NCBI RefSeq assembly: GCF_964204645.1
Contig: NC_134029.1
Span: forward strand, 16,114,950 to 16,178,949
Direction: 5' to 3'
DNA from: Tubulanus polymorphus
Taxonomy: Eukaryota > Animalia > Nemertea
Length of the DNA: 64,000 nt
The notes under the pieces are model-generated. The model did no database searches. It was not told where the DNA came from and was given only the letters and a program-made list of their open reading frames with translations. Positions 49,568 through 63,100 of the stretch are shown here, in pieces. A program made the translations under genes and the position numbers. Every line of letters begins with the position of its first letter. The first letter of the stretch is position 1.

Positions 49568-49907
49568 AAACTCGATAAACACTTCAAGCGACACAGCGAA
49601 CGATCTCCTTTCCCCCACAGCGAACGCTTAACCTAGTAGAGGCTGCTAGCCTATGTAGGCCTATGCATATGCGTAGGCCTAACATCCGGACAGATTGGTC
49701 GTAGGCCTATTGAATAACAACCCACCTAAATATCGTAAATTTTGTTTTAATGTTCAATCCAATGAGTCCGTTAATAAACGCAACAATTATACTGTGTTTG
49801 TTTGAGACAGTAAAGCTCAGTACCGGTAGGCCTAAAGTCGCGTCAAACTCGATAAACACTTCAAGCGACACAGCGAACGATCCCCTTTCCCCCACAGCGA
49901 ACGCTTA
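49568..49907. repeat. Pair of about 63-bp direct repeats
   Basis: aaactcgataaacacttcaagcgacacagcgaacgatc..cagcgaacgctta at 49568 and 49845. Confidence 0.85.
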
Positions 49908-51139
49908 CTCCGAATGTCAAGTGTGAGTCCAGCATACGGAAAGGATTGTGTTATATACTTGTATTTAGTAAATACCTTGTGCATTTGACAATGATCGGTA
50001 TGTACTGTGGGAAATATAGAGTATTGATGGAATTGATATAGAGGTTGAAGCCCGCGGCCGAATAAAGTAATATATTCTTTTATTTTGATACCTCGTCGAC
50101 AAACCAGCTTTTCTCCGCTATATCTCTTCGGCGTGTTTCGTTTAGGCCTACGACTCCCCGGTACACTTATGATTTATCTTAGTAAATACACGGTTAATTT
50201 GATAGAGAAAAATAGGTATTGCTAAACTAACTGCTTGACGCCCGCAGCCAAATCACTGATAGTAATAGATTAATTTGTACTGGATTTGACTCTCATGATG
50301 AGGTGAAACTCGCAGCTGATCCCCGGAACGACGTTGTAGTGACACACGTCGATTCGTCGATGTTTACGGCTCGACAGTGCTTTTAAAATCTAAAGTAGTA
50401 AATTTCCTGTATATCGGTAATACGATTTGATGAGGAAAATGGGCTATTGTTAAAATTTGTTTTTTAAAACCGCGACAGAATGTGCAATCTTTGGGTAATA
50501 AATTTGTTGATTTATGCTTGAATTGATAATTGATGTGACAAGAAACGTGCGGTAGATTTCGGAAAGAGGACTTAGAAAAACATGTCGGCTCTTTGAATGG
50601 GGCTCAATTTTCGATGTTTACGGCCCGACAGTGCTTTTGTAACGATGATTCTTCAAAATATGCATGGAACGGAGTATTTGTAGATCGAAGTGAGCTGAAT
50701 GATATCAGACGGATTGTATCGACAACAGCGGCAAGGTAACAAAGCCTTTGTTCTTTTAGTAAAAATAGTGTGGAAGAAAATAATGATAATAGTAATCACG
50801 CGGATATCAATAGGGTTTTCTGTCAAATAACAGAAAACCCTAATTATCATGAGGAATACAATAAAGGGTTTTTTGACTGATGTCAGAAAATTTTAATCAA
50901 AAGGACAACGTAAGAGAGTTTTCTGTGAAACAACAGAAGACTTCAATGATTTATGAACATTGTCACCATTATAGGAAAGCTGAAATAATGCTGATCAAAT
51001 GATGTCCAATATGAAACAACAAGATGTGGCGAGTACGATAATCATCAAGCTAGGAATGATGGCGTATCTAGAAAATCAACTATTAAGGGAGCATCTCAAA
51101 ATTCCAATAGTTGGTTCAATTAGAATAAATGTCTAATTC

Positions 51140-52130
51140 TTTCTTATAATGATAATATAAGTTTATTTCTTTACTAAAGAGATACAATACAGAAATACAG
51201 TCATCACTATTACATAAAAGAAAAGTTACAGAAAGTACTTCTACATGGTAAAGCGTAGTAAAGAAAAAGGGGACCCCAAAGGGGGTATACTTTTAATGAA
51301 AAAAGCCTAATGCCCTGGCGGAATGATTGGACATGAAGTTTAACACAAGTATAGTATTAGTACAATCCTGTTATATGTCTTTTTCAAATTCCGCTTGAAT
51401 ATGTCGATGTTAGAAGCTTGTTGAAGTTCAGTTGGAAGAGAATTCCAAACTCTAAGACAATTAATGTTAGGAGAAAACATCCTGATATTGGTTCTGTAAT
51501 AAGGTAAGCGGAATTGATTAGAGTTACGGGTGTTGTGGGAATGAAGATCAGAAATACGAATTAAACTATTGGACAATTTGACAGGCAGCAGCACATGGAT
51601 AGATTTATACATCAGTACAGAATTTTGATGTCTTGAAGTTTGAGTTGATACGACTTTTTGAACAGTGGAGTAGTGTGTTCTAGAAAATTTACCCCATTAG
51701 CAATGCGAATAGCGCGTTTTGAAGCAAAATAAGGGGTCGTAACCTTGTTAGATAATTAGATGCCCAAATGATATTACAGTACTGTAGATATGGAAGGATG
51801 AAAACGTTGAATAACTTGATGAGCGCGGATCTAGGAAAAATTCGTCGTGCTTTTCTTAATACAGCACAGCTTGTTTATGTGGGAGTTCCATGTTAGACTG
51901 TCATCAATTATTACACCAAGGAATTTTGTTTCTCTGTTTCTAGTTATTGAAACATTACCCATAACAAGGTCAATATCATCAAGAATATTGATCTTTTTAT
52001 GGAAAAGCATATAATTCGTTTTCAACAGATTAGCAGATAGTCTATTGGAGTTTAGCCAGTTAAAAAGTTTAGTGAGCTCAACATTAGTATTTGATTGCAG
52101 TATATTCAGATTGGAATGAGAGTTCATGGC
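51140..52130 (-). mobile_element. L2/CR1-group LINE 3' remnant
   Basis: WLNSNRLSANLLKTNYMLF, KFLGVIIDDSLTWNSHI, HSHNTRN..WNSLP..FKRNLK; AATAAA near 51165. Confidence 0.85.
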
Positions 52131-52244
52131 AGTCGTATCGTTGGCAAATAGTAAAAAGTTTAATTACAAGAATAAACGATGTCATTAACAAACCCCTCCC
52201 CCAACCCCCTTTGATTAGACTCATGCAAAAATTGGAACAATTGA

Positions 52245-54252
52245 TTTTTAGCCCACTTGGGACTTTAGTCCCAACGGGCTATTGTGTGCACTTTTTGTCC
52301 GTTCGTCCGCCTGTAGATGGAGTCCAGTTATTTTGGGAAGTTTTGAAGACGCTTCAATGTAATGTCTTGATATTTGGTTTATACATGTATCTACCCTAGA
52401 CACATCTTCAGCCCAAAAACTGGCCCTCTCAGATTCAAGATGGCCGACTGGCAGCCATTGTTGTTTGCCAAAATCAGCACTTTTTACACATTTTTGAAGT
52501 TTCCGAGGGAAAATTTGAAGACCCTTTTATCAATTACCTTGATTGTTCGTATATATTTGTATCCCCCAAGGGCCCATCAGCACGAGAAAAATTGGGTCGA
52601 TCAGATTCAGAATGGCTGTCCTGTGACCTTTTTTGTGCCCAAAAATGAACATTTCATGTTCAGGTAATTTTAGTTATGAATTAGAGAATTCTAATTCATT
52701 TTTAGCCCACTTGGGACTTAAGACGGAAGACGGAATCCAGTTATTTTGGGAAGTTTTGTAGACGCTTCAATGTAATGTCTCGATATTTGGGTTACACATG
52801 TATCTACCCTAGACACATCGCCCAAAAACTGGCCCTGTCACAATCAAGATGGCTGACTGGCAGCCATTGTTGTTCACCAAAATCAGCACTTTTTACTCAT
52901 TTTTAAAGTTTTAAACGGCAATTTTGAAGACGCTTTAATCAATTACCTTGATCTTTCATATATTTTTGAATCCCCCAAGGGCCCATGAGCATAAGAAAAA
53001 TTGGATCGATCAGACTCATGATAGCCGTCCTTTGACCTTGTTAGTGCCCAAAAATGTCAATTTTGGCCGGGATTCTGGGTCCTGTAGCTTCCTACGGGTT
53101 TGCCATTTCTCATTGCAAATTGTGACGGGTATTTGGAAAGGGATGTATTATACCTGAGACAGGTATTTTTAATCAGTCAATTATGACACAATTGGCGGCC
53201 ATCTTGGTGTCATCAGTACTCATTCGTAGGTGGGAAAAAGTTTTTCGACATTCAATTGATACCTAAGCTGTCCAAAATGGCTCCTGTGACTTTTTTTGTG
53301 CCAAAAAATGTCAATTTTGGCCTGAATTCTGAGTCCTGTAGCTTCTAATGGTGTGCCATTTTTCATTGCAATTTGTGATGGGTATTCTTTGGAAAGGGAT
53401 CTGTTATACACCAGACAGGTATATTTGATCAGGCAATTATGACACAATTGGCGGCCATCTTGGTGTCATCAGTACTCATTCGTAGGTGGGAAAAAGTTTT
53501 TCGACATTCAATTGATACCTAAGCTGTCCAAAATGGCTCCTGTGACCTTTTTTGTGCCCAAAAATGTCAATTTTGGCCTGAATTCTGAGTCCTGTAGCTT
53601 CTAATGGTGTGCCATTTTTCATTGCAATTTGTGATGGGTATTCTTTGGAAAGGGATCTGTTATACACCAGACAGGTATATTTGATCAGGCAATTATGACA
53701 CAATTGGTGGCCATCCTGGTGTCATCAGAACTCATTCGTAGGTGGAAGAAAGTTTTTCTATATTATATTCGTACCTGTGCACATTTTGTTACCACAATCA
53801 ATTGGAAAGTTGTAGCTCATGACATGGTCTATGATTGTGGTAAGTTTCAAGGACATTAGTTATTCTATATGGTCACTAGGGGGCGTTGAATAGTAGAATA
53901 ACTTAGTATTTCCTTATTATATTGGTACCTAGGCATATTTTGTTACCATGATCAATTGCAAAGTTGTAGCTCATGACATGTTCTATAATTATGGTGAGTT
54001 TTAAGGTCATTGGGCTTTCCATATGGTCACCAGGGGGCGTTGAATAGTAGAATCACTTAGTATTTCAATATCATATTGGTAACTAGGCATATTATGTTAC
54101 CACAATCAATTACAAAATTGTAACTGCTGGCATTTTCTATGATTTTGGTGAGTTTCAAGGTCATTGGATGGGGCGTTGAATATTGAAATTGTTAGATTGT
54201 TGAGCATCCGAAACCACTTCCCAAGTGGGCATGGTGTCCCTGGACCTCTAGT
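52245..54252 (+). mobile_element. HINE with internal tandem arrays (256-bp and about 154-bp units)
   Basis: SubTIRs gcccacttggga / tcccaagtgggc, 5' inverted repeat, 3' hairpin gtccctggac. Second 5' end near 52699; near-identical units at 53220 and 53476. Confidence 0.8.
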
Positions 54253-56476
54253 CTAATGAGAGACCACAGACAAAGATAAGACATTCTCACAAGTGTATTT
54301 CAATCAATAACTACTAATTGTAAAATTAAATTGCAAAATTACAAGTGAAATCTATCAAAACTCTAATAGACTTTATAAACTAGAGAAAAATATATCTAAA
54401 ATACCAACAGCATCTAAAAGAGAAACAGTTTAATCTACTCCTTGTAATGTATATATTTGAAACTGCAATTCAATTCAATGTTATCTTTATTGCACTGCAA
54501 TCAATAAATTGATAGTTCAGCAGTGTTGATGAATCCCGGTGGAGGCCTTCACCCACCAACCCCCCACCACCCCCTTTCGCGAGTTATTCTAATTGAAGTA
54601 TTTATCAAAATTTTGAGATGCTCCCTAAGGCATAAAATAAAAAAGTCTTTGTTTCCGGTCCCACTTGTAAGATTTTTATGGGAAAGTAGGGAATTTAAAA
54701 AAAAAATCTTTTAAAGAATTTTTTTCTGGGTGTTCAACACATAAAAGTAGTTTGTCCAGAGAGTCCAAAATCATGTAGAGTAGTCTGTCAGTACCATCAT
54801 ATTGTTATTGGTTGCAATCACAATATGATTGCAGTGTTTGCATTAGGAAAAGTAGTTATAGGGTCACTGGAAAATGTTGTAGGGTCACCCTAGCCGCTTC
54901 GCGACTAAAATCGCGCGATTCGTGCCGCAGGGGGAGCTCGAGGGGGATGTGCCCCCTATATATGGGGGGGTCTGGGTCCCCCAGGAAAATTTTGAAAATT
55001 AAGAGCCAATTTGATGCATTCTGAGAGCATTTAGCACAAAAATATTCTCAGAAAACCATTCTCAGAAATCCAAACATTCTTCATCAAAATGACAGAATTA
55101 AGAGATACACTAAATTTCTGGTCATGCATGATCACCTGTCTATTTCAGCAAAAGGTAAGTCAGATGAGATAATTTTAACAAACTCAGTTTATTAAGATTA
55201 TCTCATCTGAAACTCAACTTTTGTTCGATAATAAATAAATAAATAAATAAATAATCATATTATTGTCATACAAATGTTGTTTCTTTATTCAGAAAATTCT
55301 TTCTTTCAAAAATTCTTTCATTCAAAAACCATCAAATTCATCTTCATCATTATCATCACTATCAGTGCCAAGACCAAATAATTTCATTAGCTCCTCACTG
55401 GTGGAAGCAGACATTTCTTTTGGTGAAGTGCTAGCAATAGAAATCTCTTCTTCCACGAAATCATCAGCCTCATCATCAGTGATGTCTAATGAATCAATAT
55501 CTTCAGTCTGAACAGATACTGAGCAGACTGAAGATGCAACTGATGCAGTGGAATCCATGGTCACAGTTTGATTCTGCTGTTTTGGTAACTTTCGCCTAGT
55601 TTTACTTGAGAGCCAATGATCAACAGCTTTGTTGATTATTGAACTTGCTTGATCAGATTTAGGGCCATTGATCGAAACCTGCATCAGTGCATTGAGAACT
55701 TTATTAGGCATCCTGTTTCTTGCTTTGGTTTTTATGCGTTTAACGGCACTAGCACCCCTTTCAGGCCACGCATTTGAAATAGGTGCAGAATGCACTATTT
55801 CTAATAACTGGGTTATGATAGGGTAGAAATTACTGTAGGTGACATAAGAAGAAAACACTTTATCACATAATCTCTCCAGGGGGGTTTCAATTTCAATTGC
55901 CATATCACTATGTTTTGGCTTTTTTGATTTTTTTGCATTTTTCTTACATGAACTTTTTCTCTGTTTTTCTTCTTTGATACGAGCCTCAATTTTGTTTTGT
56001 TTCAAAAGTTGGTATTTAAAGCCATCATACTCCAAGTGTAATTTTCTACTTTTGTCATTATCACCTGGGAAGAAATGATTAGCAATTTCAGGTAACTCTG
56101 CTTTCCCATAGGAACTAAATTCAACTGTATGCTCATCAGGAATAAGTGTTGGATCGAATATTCCAAATGCATCTAATACGCCAAGACATCCTTCAAACCT
56201 GGCATCAATATTGTCAATCACCGACAGTTTGTATTTTGAATACAGATTCACAAGCCTTTTTTCAGTCGTTTCGTTTAACTGAAGTTCTAAAGATTTAAAG
56301 ATCCCATCATCAGCTATGTCCCTTTTCAATTTGATGATTGGATCAGGCTCAGACACTATCTTGTTTTTGGCAGCAGCAAAGCTGGCTTTAGCATACTGAA
56401 ATTTAGTTCCGAAGCCTGGAAGCAACGACTGAGAGATGCCAGAACTGGCACAATTACATTCAATATGTAAAGAACC

Positions 56477-57165
56477 CCAAGGCTTTTACTACTGTTTAGT
56501 TGCGCAAGAGGCCTATTGCTAATGGTTCATCTCTCTCTTCTTTCTCAATACATAGTGTTTGTAAAACCGCTACAAAATTTGATAATAGGGATACTAGAGA
56601 TTGTTCAATCGATAGCCATCTTGTCCTACATGCTTTCCTAATTTTAGTACTGACAAAATCTACAGAATTTGAATCTACTGCCATGGCCTTCAACTGGCTT
56701 TGAACTTTGACAAGATTTGATGTCCTTCTAGGACTATTTTCAAAAAATCTCCAAATATTTGTTAACAATTGGACAGCATTTTTAATCATATCTAAAGACT
56801 GATCAGCATCAGCACTTGCCAAGGCTTTTACTACTGTTTAGTTGCCGCAAGAGGCCTATTGCTAATGGTTCATCTCTCTCTTCTTTCTCAATACATAGTG
56901 TTTGTAAAACCGCTACAAAATTTGATAATAGGGATACTAGAGATTGTTCAATCGATAGCCATCTTGTCCTACATGCTTTCCTAATTTTAGTACTGACAAA
57001 ATCTACAGAATTTGAATCTACTGCCAGGGCCTTCAACTGGCTTTGAACTTTGACAAGATTTGATGTCCTTCTAGGACTATTTTCAAAAAATCTCCAAATA
57101 TTTGTTAACAATTGGACCGCATTTTTAATCATATCTAAAGACTGATCAGCATCAGCACTTGCCAA
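56477..57165. repeat. Near-perfect 342/343-bp tandem duplication inside the hAT CDS
   Basis: Units start at 56477 and 56819; ORFs 56496-56822 and 56809-57492 repeat the same peptide. Confidence 0.95.
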
Positions 57166-57497
57166 AGCCAGTTTGTGGCAAATGCAATGGATTGACAACA
57201 TAGCAGAGTTGAATTTCCTTTTCAACTGTACAGCTACCCCATTGTGTTTGCCAGTAAACGTAGAAACTCCATCAGAGACAAAGCTTGTCATCATGCCTCC
57301 ATCCAAACCATTGTCCTCGATTACTGAGGTAAAGGCTTTAACAATATTATCAGCATTTGCAGAGCCAGTCAACTCATCAATGGTCAAAAAGTTAGTTTGG
57401 GATTTACATGACCTTGACACTGCCCTAATGAAAGTAACAAGCTGCTCTTTGACACTAATGTCACTAACTTCATCAGTCAATAGACCAAACACACGGT

Positions 57498-59737
57498 TAT
57501 TAGGCCAGCCGTAGGCTGAGCCTATTACTATACAAATGGAGCGAATTTAAATGACATGGTTTCCACACAAAAGGCTCTTTTGCTTGCCAAGTGAGGGCAT
57601 ATTCGAACAAATCACGTATTTAAGCGTAATCCATTCTCGGAATCGTAGCGAGCAGAATTTTGAAATAGGGTCTCATAAAAATGTTTTCTGCATTTTTCAC
57701 GAAAGTTAAATCGGGAAAATTTCAATTTTTATCAGCCAATCAGGAGGTTGTGTCTTCCCTGTGATTGGTTTATCTGAAAATATCAGCAGCTGTTCACGTG
57801 AATTATCGCGATTTCATTACTGGCGCTTTTGCGCATGACGTCATGTATCAACACGCGACAATACTTCCGCGTTTGCTACGTTTTCGCTGATTGGCCCATT
57901 TACTGGGAAATTCCACAGAAGCCTAATGTGGTTTGTTACAAGCGCTGTGATTGGCCCGACCCGATTCTGGCATGGCTTTAGCTTAGTGGGTTCGAATCCC
58001 TTGACGGGTGAAGATGATGGATCCTATCAATATCTATTGAAACAAATAAGTTTCCCGGTTGGGCAGCCGCGGATATCTACCGGAAGTGTTCCGGTTCGAT
58101 ATTTCGAGGTTTCTTTGAATTTTGGAGTGATATTGAAATCCGGTAAATACCAGCGGTAGATTGTGAAAACCCATTGCATGATATTTGTATTACTTAATCA
58201 ACGAAAAGCGTCGGGGCCGCGCCAGGAGTTTTCGTGATTCAAGTAGCGCAATAGCCTACTTCTTCGTGTTCGTCCACCTCAATTTTCACTCCGCCGATCT
58301 CTGACACGGCTCTGTCCCCGTCGGCGCTGTGATTGCACTTTCGTACCACCAAACTTTTTTATTTCTATATCAGGGAGGTCTGGAGAATAAAAAAGTCAAA
58401 ATTTGGATATCACATAGGCCTGATTTCATCGAATAAGTCGACCATGGTCGTTACGTTTCCGTACTTATTACCACCTAAAACCGTCTGAACAATTTTGTCA
58501 CAACCAACATTTCGTTTACAGAAATCAGGTGTTCATGTGAATCCGCGGTATCGTCTACTGTTTTACTTCCGGGTTTTATTTTAAGATTTAAAATTGTATT
58601 TCAAGATCGATTTCTATGAAATCTTTAGTTGATTTGGTGTTTGGGAGGAATTTTTATTTGCTCTACAGAAAATTCATCCTTGACAATTGCGCAAGGTTCG
58701 CGAAAAAAAGGTTTTACCAAATCGGGTGTATGACCTTGATATGCTAATTAGCCATGTGCCCGAATTGCAAATTCAATCAAATTTTATTCTGCCAAAAAAT
58801 GTTAAATACAATTCGCTTTCCGAGAGTTAATGGTATGCTGCATGGAACAAAGTTGTTTTGAGATGGGTCTTGAAGCTATTGAGGTCGAGAGATAACCATC
58901 TAGATAGTTCGTGAGAGTTCCAAAGTTTTGAAGACGCTTCAAGGTAATGTCTTGATATTTGTTTTATACGTGTATCTACCCTAGACACATCTTCAGGCCA
59001 AAAACTGGCCCTGTCAGATTCAAGATGGCCGACTGGCAGCCATTGTTGTTCGCCAAAATCAGCACTTTTTACACATTTTTGAAGTTTTCGAGGGAAATTT
59101 TGAAGACACTTTTATCAATAACCTTGATCATTCATATATATTTGTATCCCCCGAGGGCCCATCGGCATGAGAAAAATTGAGTCGATCGGACTCAAGATGG
59201 CCGTACTGTGACCTTTTTTGTTCCCAAAAATGTCAATTTTGGCCTGAATTCTGAGTACTGTAGCTTTCTAATGGTGCGCCATGTTTCATTGCAATTTGTA
59301 ATGGGTATTCTTTGGAAAGGGATCTTTTATATCCGAGAGGGTATTTTTGACCAGGCAATTATGACGCACTTGGCAGCCATCTTGGGGTCATCAGTACTCA
59401 TTCGTAGGTGGAAAAAAAGTTTTTCCACATAATAATTGATACTTAAGCATATTTTGCTACTATAATCAATTGGAAAGTTGTAGCTCATGACATGTTCTAT
59501 GATCGAGGTGAGTTTCAAGCTCATTGGTTTTTTTTATGGCCACCAGGGGGCGTTGAACAATACAATAACTTAGTATTTCTATATTACATTCGTTCCTGCT
59601 GTCTGTGTTAACACACGATTTTACTATGTAAATGATATTGAGCAGGGAGTTTATATTGATAAATATAACCCACAGATTACATCATTTATAAAAAGCAAAT
59701 CTGACAGGCTGGCCATTGTGCCCCTTGGGGCTCTTGT
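57498..59737 (+). mobile_element. Second-family HINE inserted at TT in the hAT CDS, containing nested MITE and HINE fragments (58322-58500, 58926-59590)
   Basis: SubTIR ggccagcc / ggctggcc, 3' hairpin gccccttggggc. Removing it restores IKDNRVFGLLTDE. Confidence 0.75.
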
Positions 59738-60174
59738 TATCTTTGATTTGACTCATAAACTCTGATTTTATTACCTTGCCTATACATACAGCCATTTCTC
59801 TTAAAGCAGCTGGCGAAGAATAGTCAAACAGATCTATACTGGGAACACCACATCTGCTAATCAGTTGACGAAGTGAATGGAATTTAAGCAGTGCAACTTC
59901 TTCCTTCATAACATAATACAAAGACTCAATGCCATTTTTAAAACAGAATTTTCGTATGCACTTTTCTGGTCAATCTGTTTTTGGAAGAGTGATCCTCTTT
60001 GAAGTAATTCCGCCTTAATACAGTCTTCGTGCTTTTCCGATCCTAGATGATCATATATCGCATCAGTCCTTATCTTATGACATGGCGCACTGACCCACAC
60101 TTTGTTTTTGTTAGTCTTACTGATCCCATCGTGTTTCCGACATAGTACACAGAACATGCCTACATTTTCCTGGT

Positions 60175-63100
60175 TGTCGGGAATTGTTATATGTCAGTTA
60201 CCAGTAACTCACTCCCCTCAGTTCATGTAACCCCGCCTATGTAAGCCCCGCATGAACTTATGCTGTAGCGAGTAGATAAATAAATCAGAGTTTACTTAGA
60301 CACCAAACATATTGGTCGTTGTTCACCTCTCCGGCGGTCTTGCTTATTTTACTCAAACCTGGACCATTTAATGTGGCAATCATAGCCCACATTTTGGTGC
60401 CGTGACCAGGATATACAAGCAGTAAATTCGGAAACTCAGCCAAGATGCCGTCGAAAGAAGAGATAATGCGAAATGCGCAAATTCGACAGATGACGAAACT
60501 TTTTGATCAGGCGAGGGAGTTACTTCATTCGGAAAGTGACGAAAGCCTAGACAAATTGTCTGGCGTCATAACTAGAATACGTACAAAATTGGAAGTTATC
60601 GCAGGATATGATTCGGAACTGATTGCGAACGCAGAGTTAGGGAAACTCGAAGACCTCGTGTGTGAAACCGATGATTATATGAAGGAAATAAACATTGAAC
60701 TATCAACCTTCATCGGATACCTCGAACGGAAAAAGAATCAAATCGAACCGACAACGCGCATGAAATCCGAGCAACAAAAAACTGCGAAAAGACCGATCCA
60801 GTTGCCGAAGTTATCTTTGCCAACATTCGATGGCGATATTCTGAAATGGCAAACGTTCTTCGATGGGTTTTTCTCGGCAGTTGATAGTGATGAGAACTTA
60901 ACGAATATCCAAAAGTTCCAATATCTGTCGGCACAGCTAAAGGGCGACGCTGCAAAAATGATCGAAAACCTGAGTTTAACAAACGAAAATTATAATCAAG
61001 CTTTGGAACTTTTGTTAAACCGGTACGGGACACCACACAAAATTGTGGCCGCATACATGAAAGCGTTGTGGGAGCTTTCACCACCGAGTGATGGCGACAA
61101 CTCACTACGGAATTTCTATGACTCTCTGGAATCTTATATTCGTGGATTAAATCCACTCGGAAAATCCGAAGAATCGTACGGAGATCTGTTAGTACCCATC
61201 ATAATGGAAAAACTGGCGAGCGGAACTAAACAACAGATTACCAGAGACCACGGTAACAATGCTTGGAGCCTGACTGATCTAAGAAAGTCACTCCTTAAAG
61301 AAATTGAGGCCTTCGAGGCTAGTATCGAAAGCCTTACGATAGAGGATGATTTTCCCGCCAATTCGCCGACCGTGGGAGCGTTCGCAGTAACGGCGAAAAA
61401 CAGACATAATTTTTCACGGAAAACGATCGAAAATGTGCGTTCTGCAAAAAGATCAATCACGTTGCGGTGGACTGTAGAACGTTTCCAGATGCTGAAAAAC
61501 GCAGAGAAATTGTTGATAGGGATAATCTATGCTTTAATTGTCTCTCAAGCGGTCACAAATCGACAAAATGCTTATCGAAAAACAGATGCAGAGTTACAAA
61601 CTGCGGCAAAAAGGATCACACATCAGTTCATTTAGATGCAAAATCAACCACACCTGTGGTCGCAAAATCAACCGATGAGAAAGCTGACAGGGATTGACAT
61701 CAGTATCTGGGCGCCGCCGATGGAACAGTGTTATTAAAAACAGCTATCGCGAACGCAAAAAGTCGCGAAGGCGTAACTACTAACGTAAACATCTTGTTCG
61801 ACGAGGGCGCTCAGCGGAGTTTCATTACTCAAAGAACAGCCGAAAGATTATATATAAACAGTGAAGAAACCGAAACTATATCGATCAACACATTTGGCGC
61901 GAAACAATCAAGTGCGTGGTCACTGATTGTTGCGAACTTTACACTATGTTCTGATGAAACCGACATACCGATAACGGCGTTAATTGTTCCACAAATTGCG
62001 TCGACAATGCGAAACCAAACTGGCAGATCTATCAAAGATTTACCGTATCTGAAAGGTTTGAAATTAGCGCATCCGTTTTCTACCGAATCACACTTCGAAA
62101 TCGACATTTTAATCGGTGCCGATTTCTATTGGTCAGTGGTCGGTAACCACACAATCCGCGGAAATGGACCCACGGCAGTATCTTCGAAATTAGGGTATCT
62201 TCTCTCTGGACCGCTTAGTGATTGCGATCCAATAAATACTGCACGAGTTTACAACGTGGATGTTACGTCACATCGTTCGGAGGAAGTCAACCTCCAAAAA
62301 TTCTGGGATCTCGAATCCATAGGCGTAACTGATGCAACAGAAGCGGCTTCAAAAGAATTCAATCTACTCGACTACTGTCAATCAAGCCTGACGACATCCG
62401 ACACGGGACGGTATACTGCGAAGTTGCCGTGGAAGAGTGGACACGCCCCTCTTCCGACAAATTACTATGTTACTCGAAACATAACACAATCGATGATTCG
62501 TCGGCTATCGCCGAAAATTCGAAATGTTTACCACAACATTATCATGGATCAATTATCGCGAGACTTCATTGAAGAAGTCGCAGATGATGACCGAAACAGG
62601 TAATTATTTAACGCATCGCGCGGTCAAGAAGGAATCGTCAACAACCCCTATCCGTATCATCTATAACGCTTCTTTATCGACCGCGGGAAACCCTAGTTTA
62701 TATGATTGTTTGGAGACCGGTCCGACGCTGCTGAATGACCTCGGTTCAATCCTGATCAGATTCAGGTTGCATAAATTCGGATTGTCGGCGGATATCGAAT
62801 AGGCGTTTCTTCAAGTTGGTCTGCACGATGATGATCGCGAGTATACGAAATTTCTATGGTTGACTGATCCTAAGAATCCAGAAAGTGAACTCAAAACCTA
62901 TCGCTTCAAGGTTATATTGTTCGGTGTGGTAAGTTCACCCTTTATATTGAATGCTACTGTTCGTTTTCATCTAAATAATTATAATAACCATGTATCACGT
63001 GACTTAGTTAAAAATATATATGTCGACAACGCGATTAGTGGATGTGAATCTGAGAGCGATCTCATGAAATACTATACGAATGTCAATAGCATAATGAAAA

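Larger units (their letters stand above)
55322..60170 (-). pseudogene. ZNF862/C17orf113-like hAT transposase, interrupted by a HINE, an internal duplication and the BEL/Pao insertion
   Basis: MFCVLCRKH..H..SEKH, LLTDEVSDISVKEQL, SDGVS..GKHNGVA, IHCICHKLALA, TRWLS, PISNAWPERGASAVKRIKT..RNRM. Confidence 0.9.

Noticed and set aside
52374-53703. Repeated short ORFs (also 58959-59524 and 7131-7379)
   Set aside because: Translations of non-coding HINE repeats.
57950-58010. GGTTCGAATCCC B-box as a tRNA gene (also near 42180 and 46045)
   Set aside because: No cloverleaf or acceptor stem could be folded.
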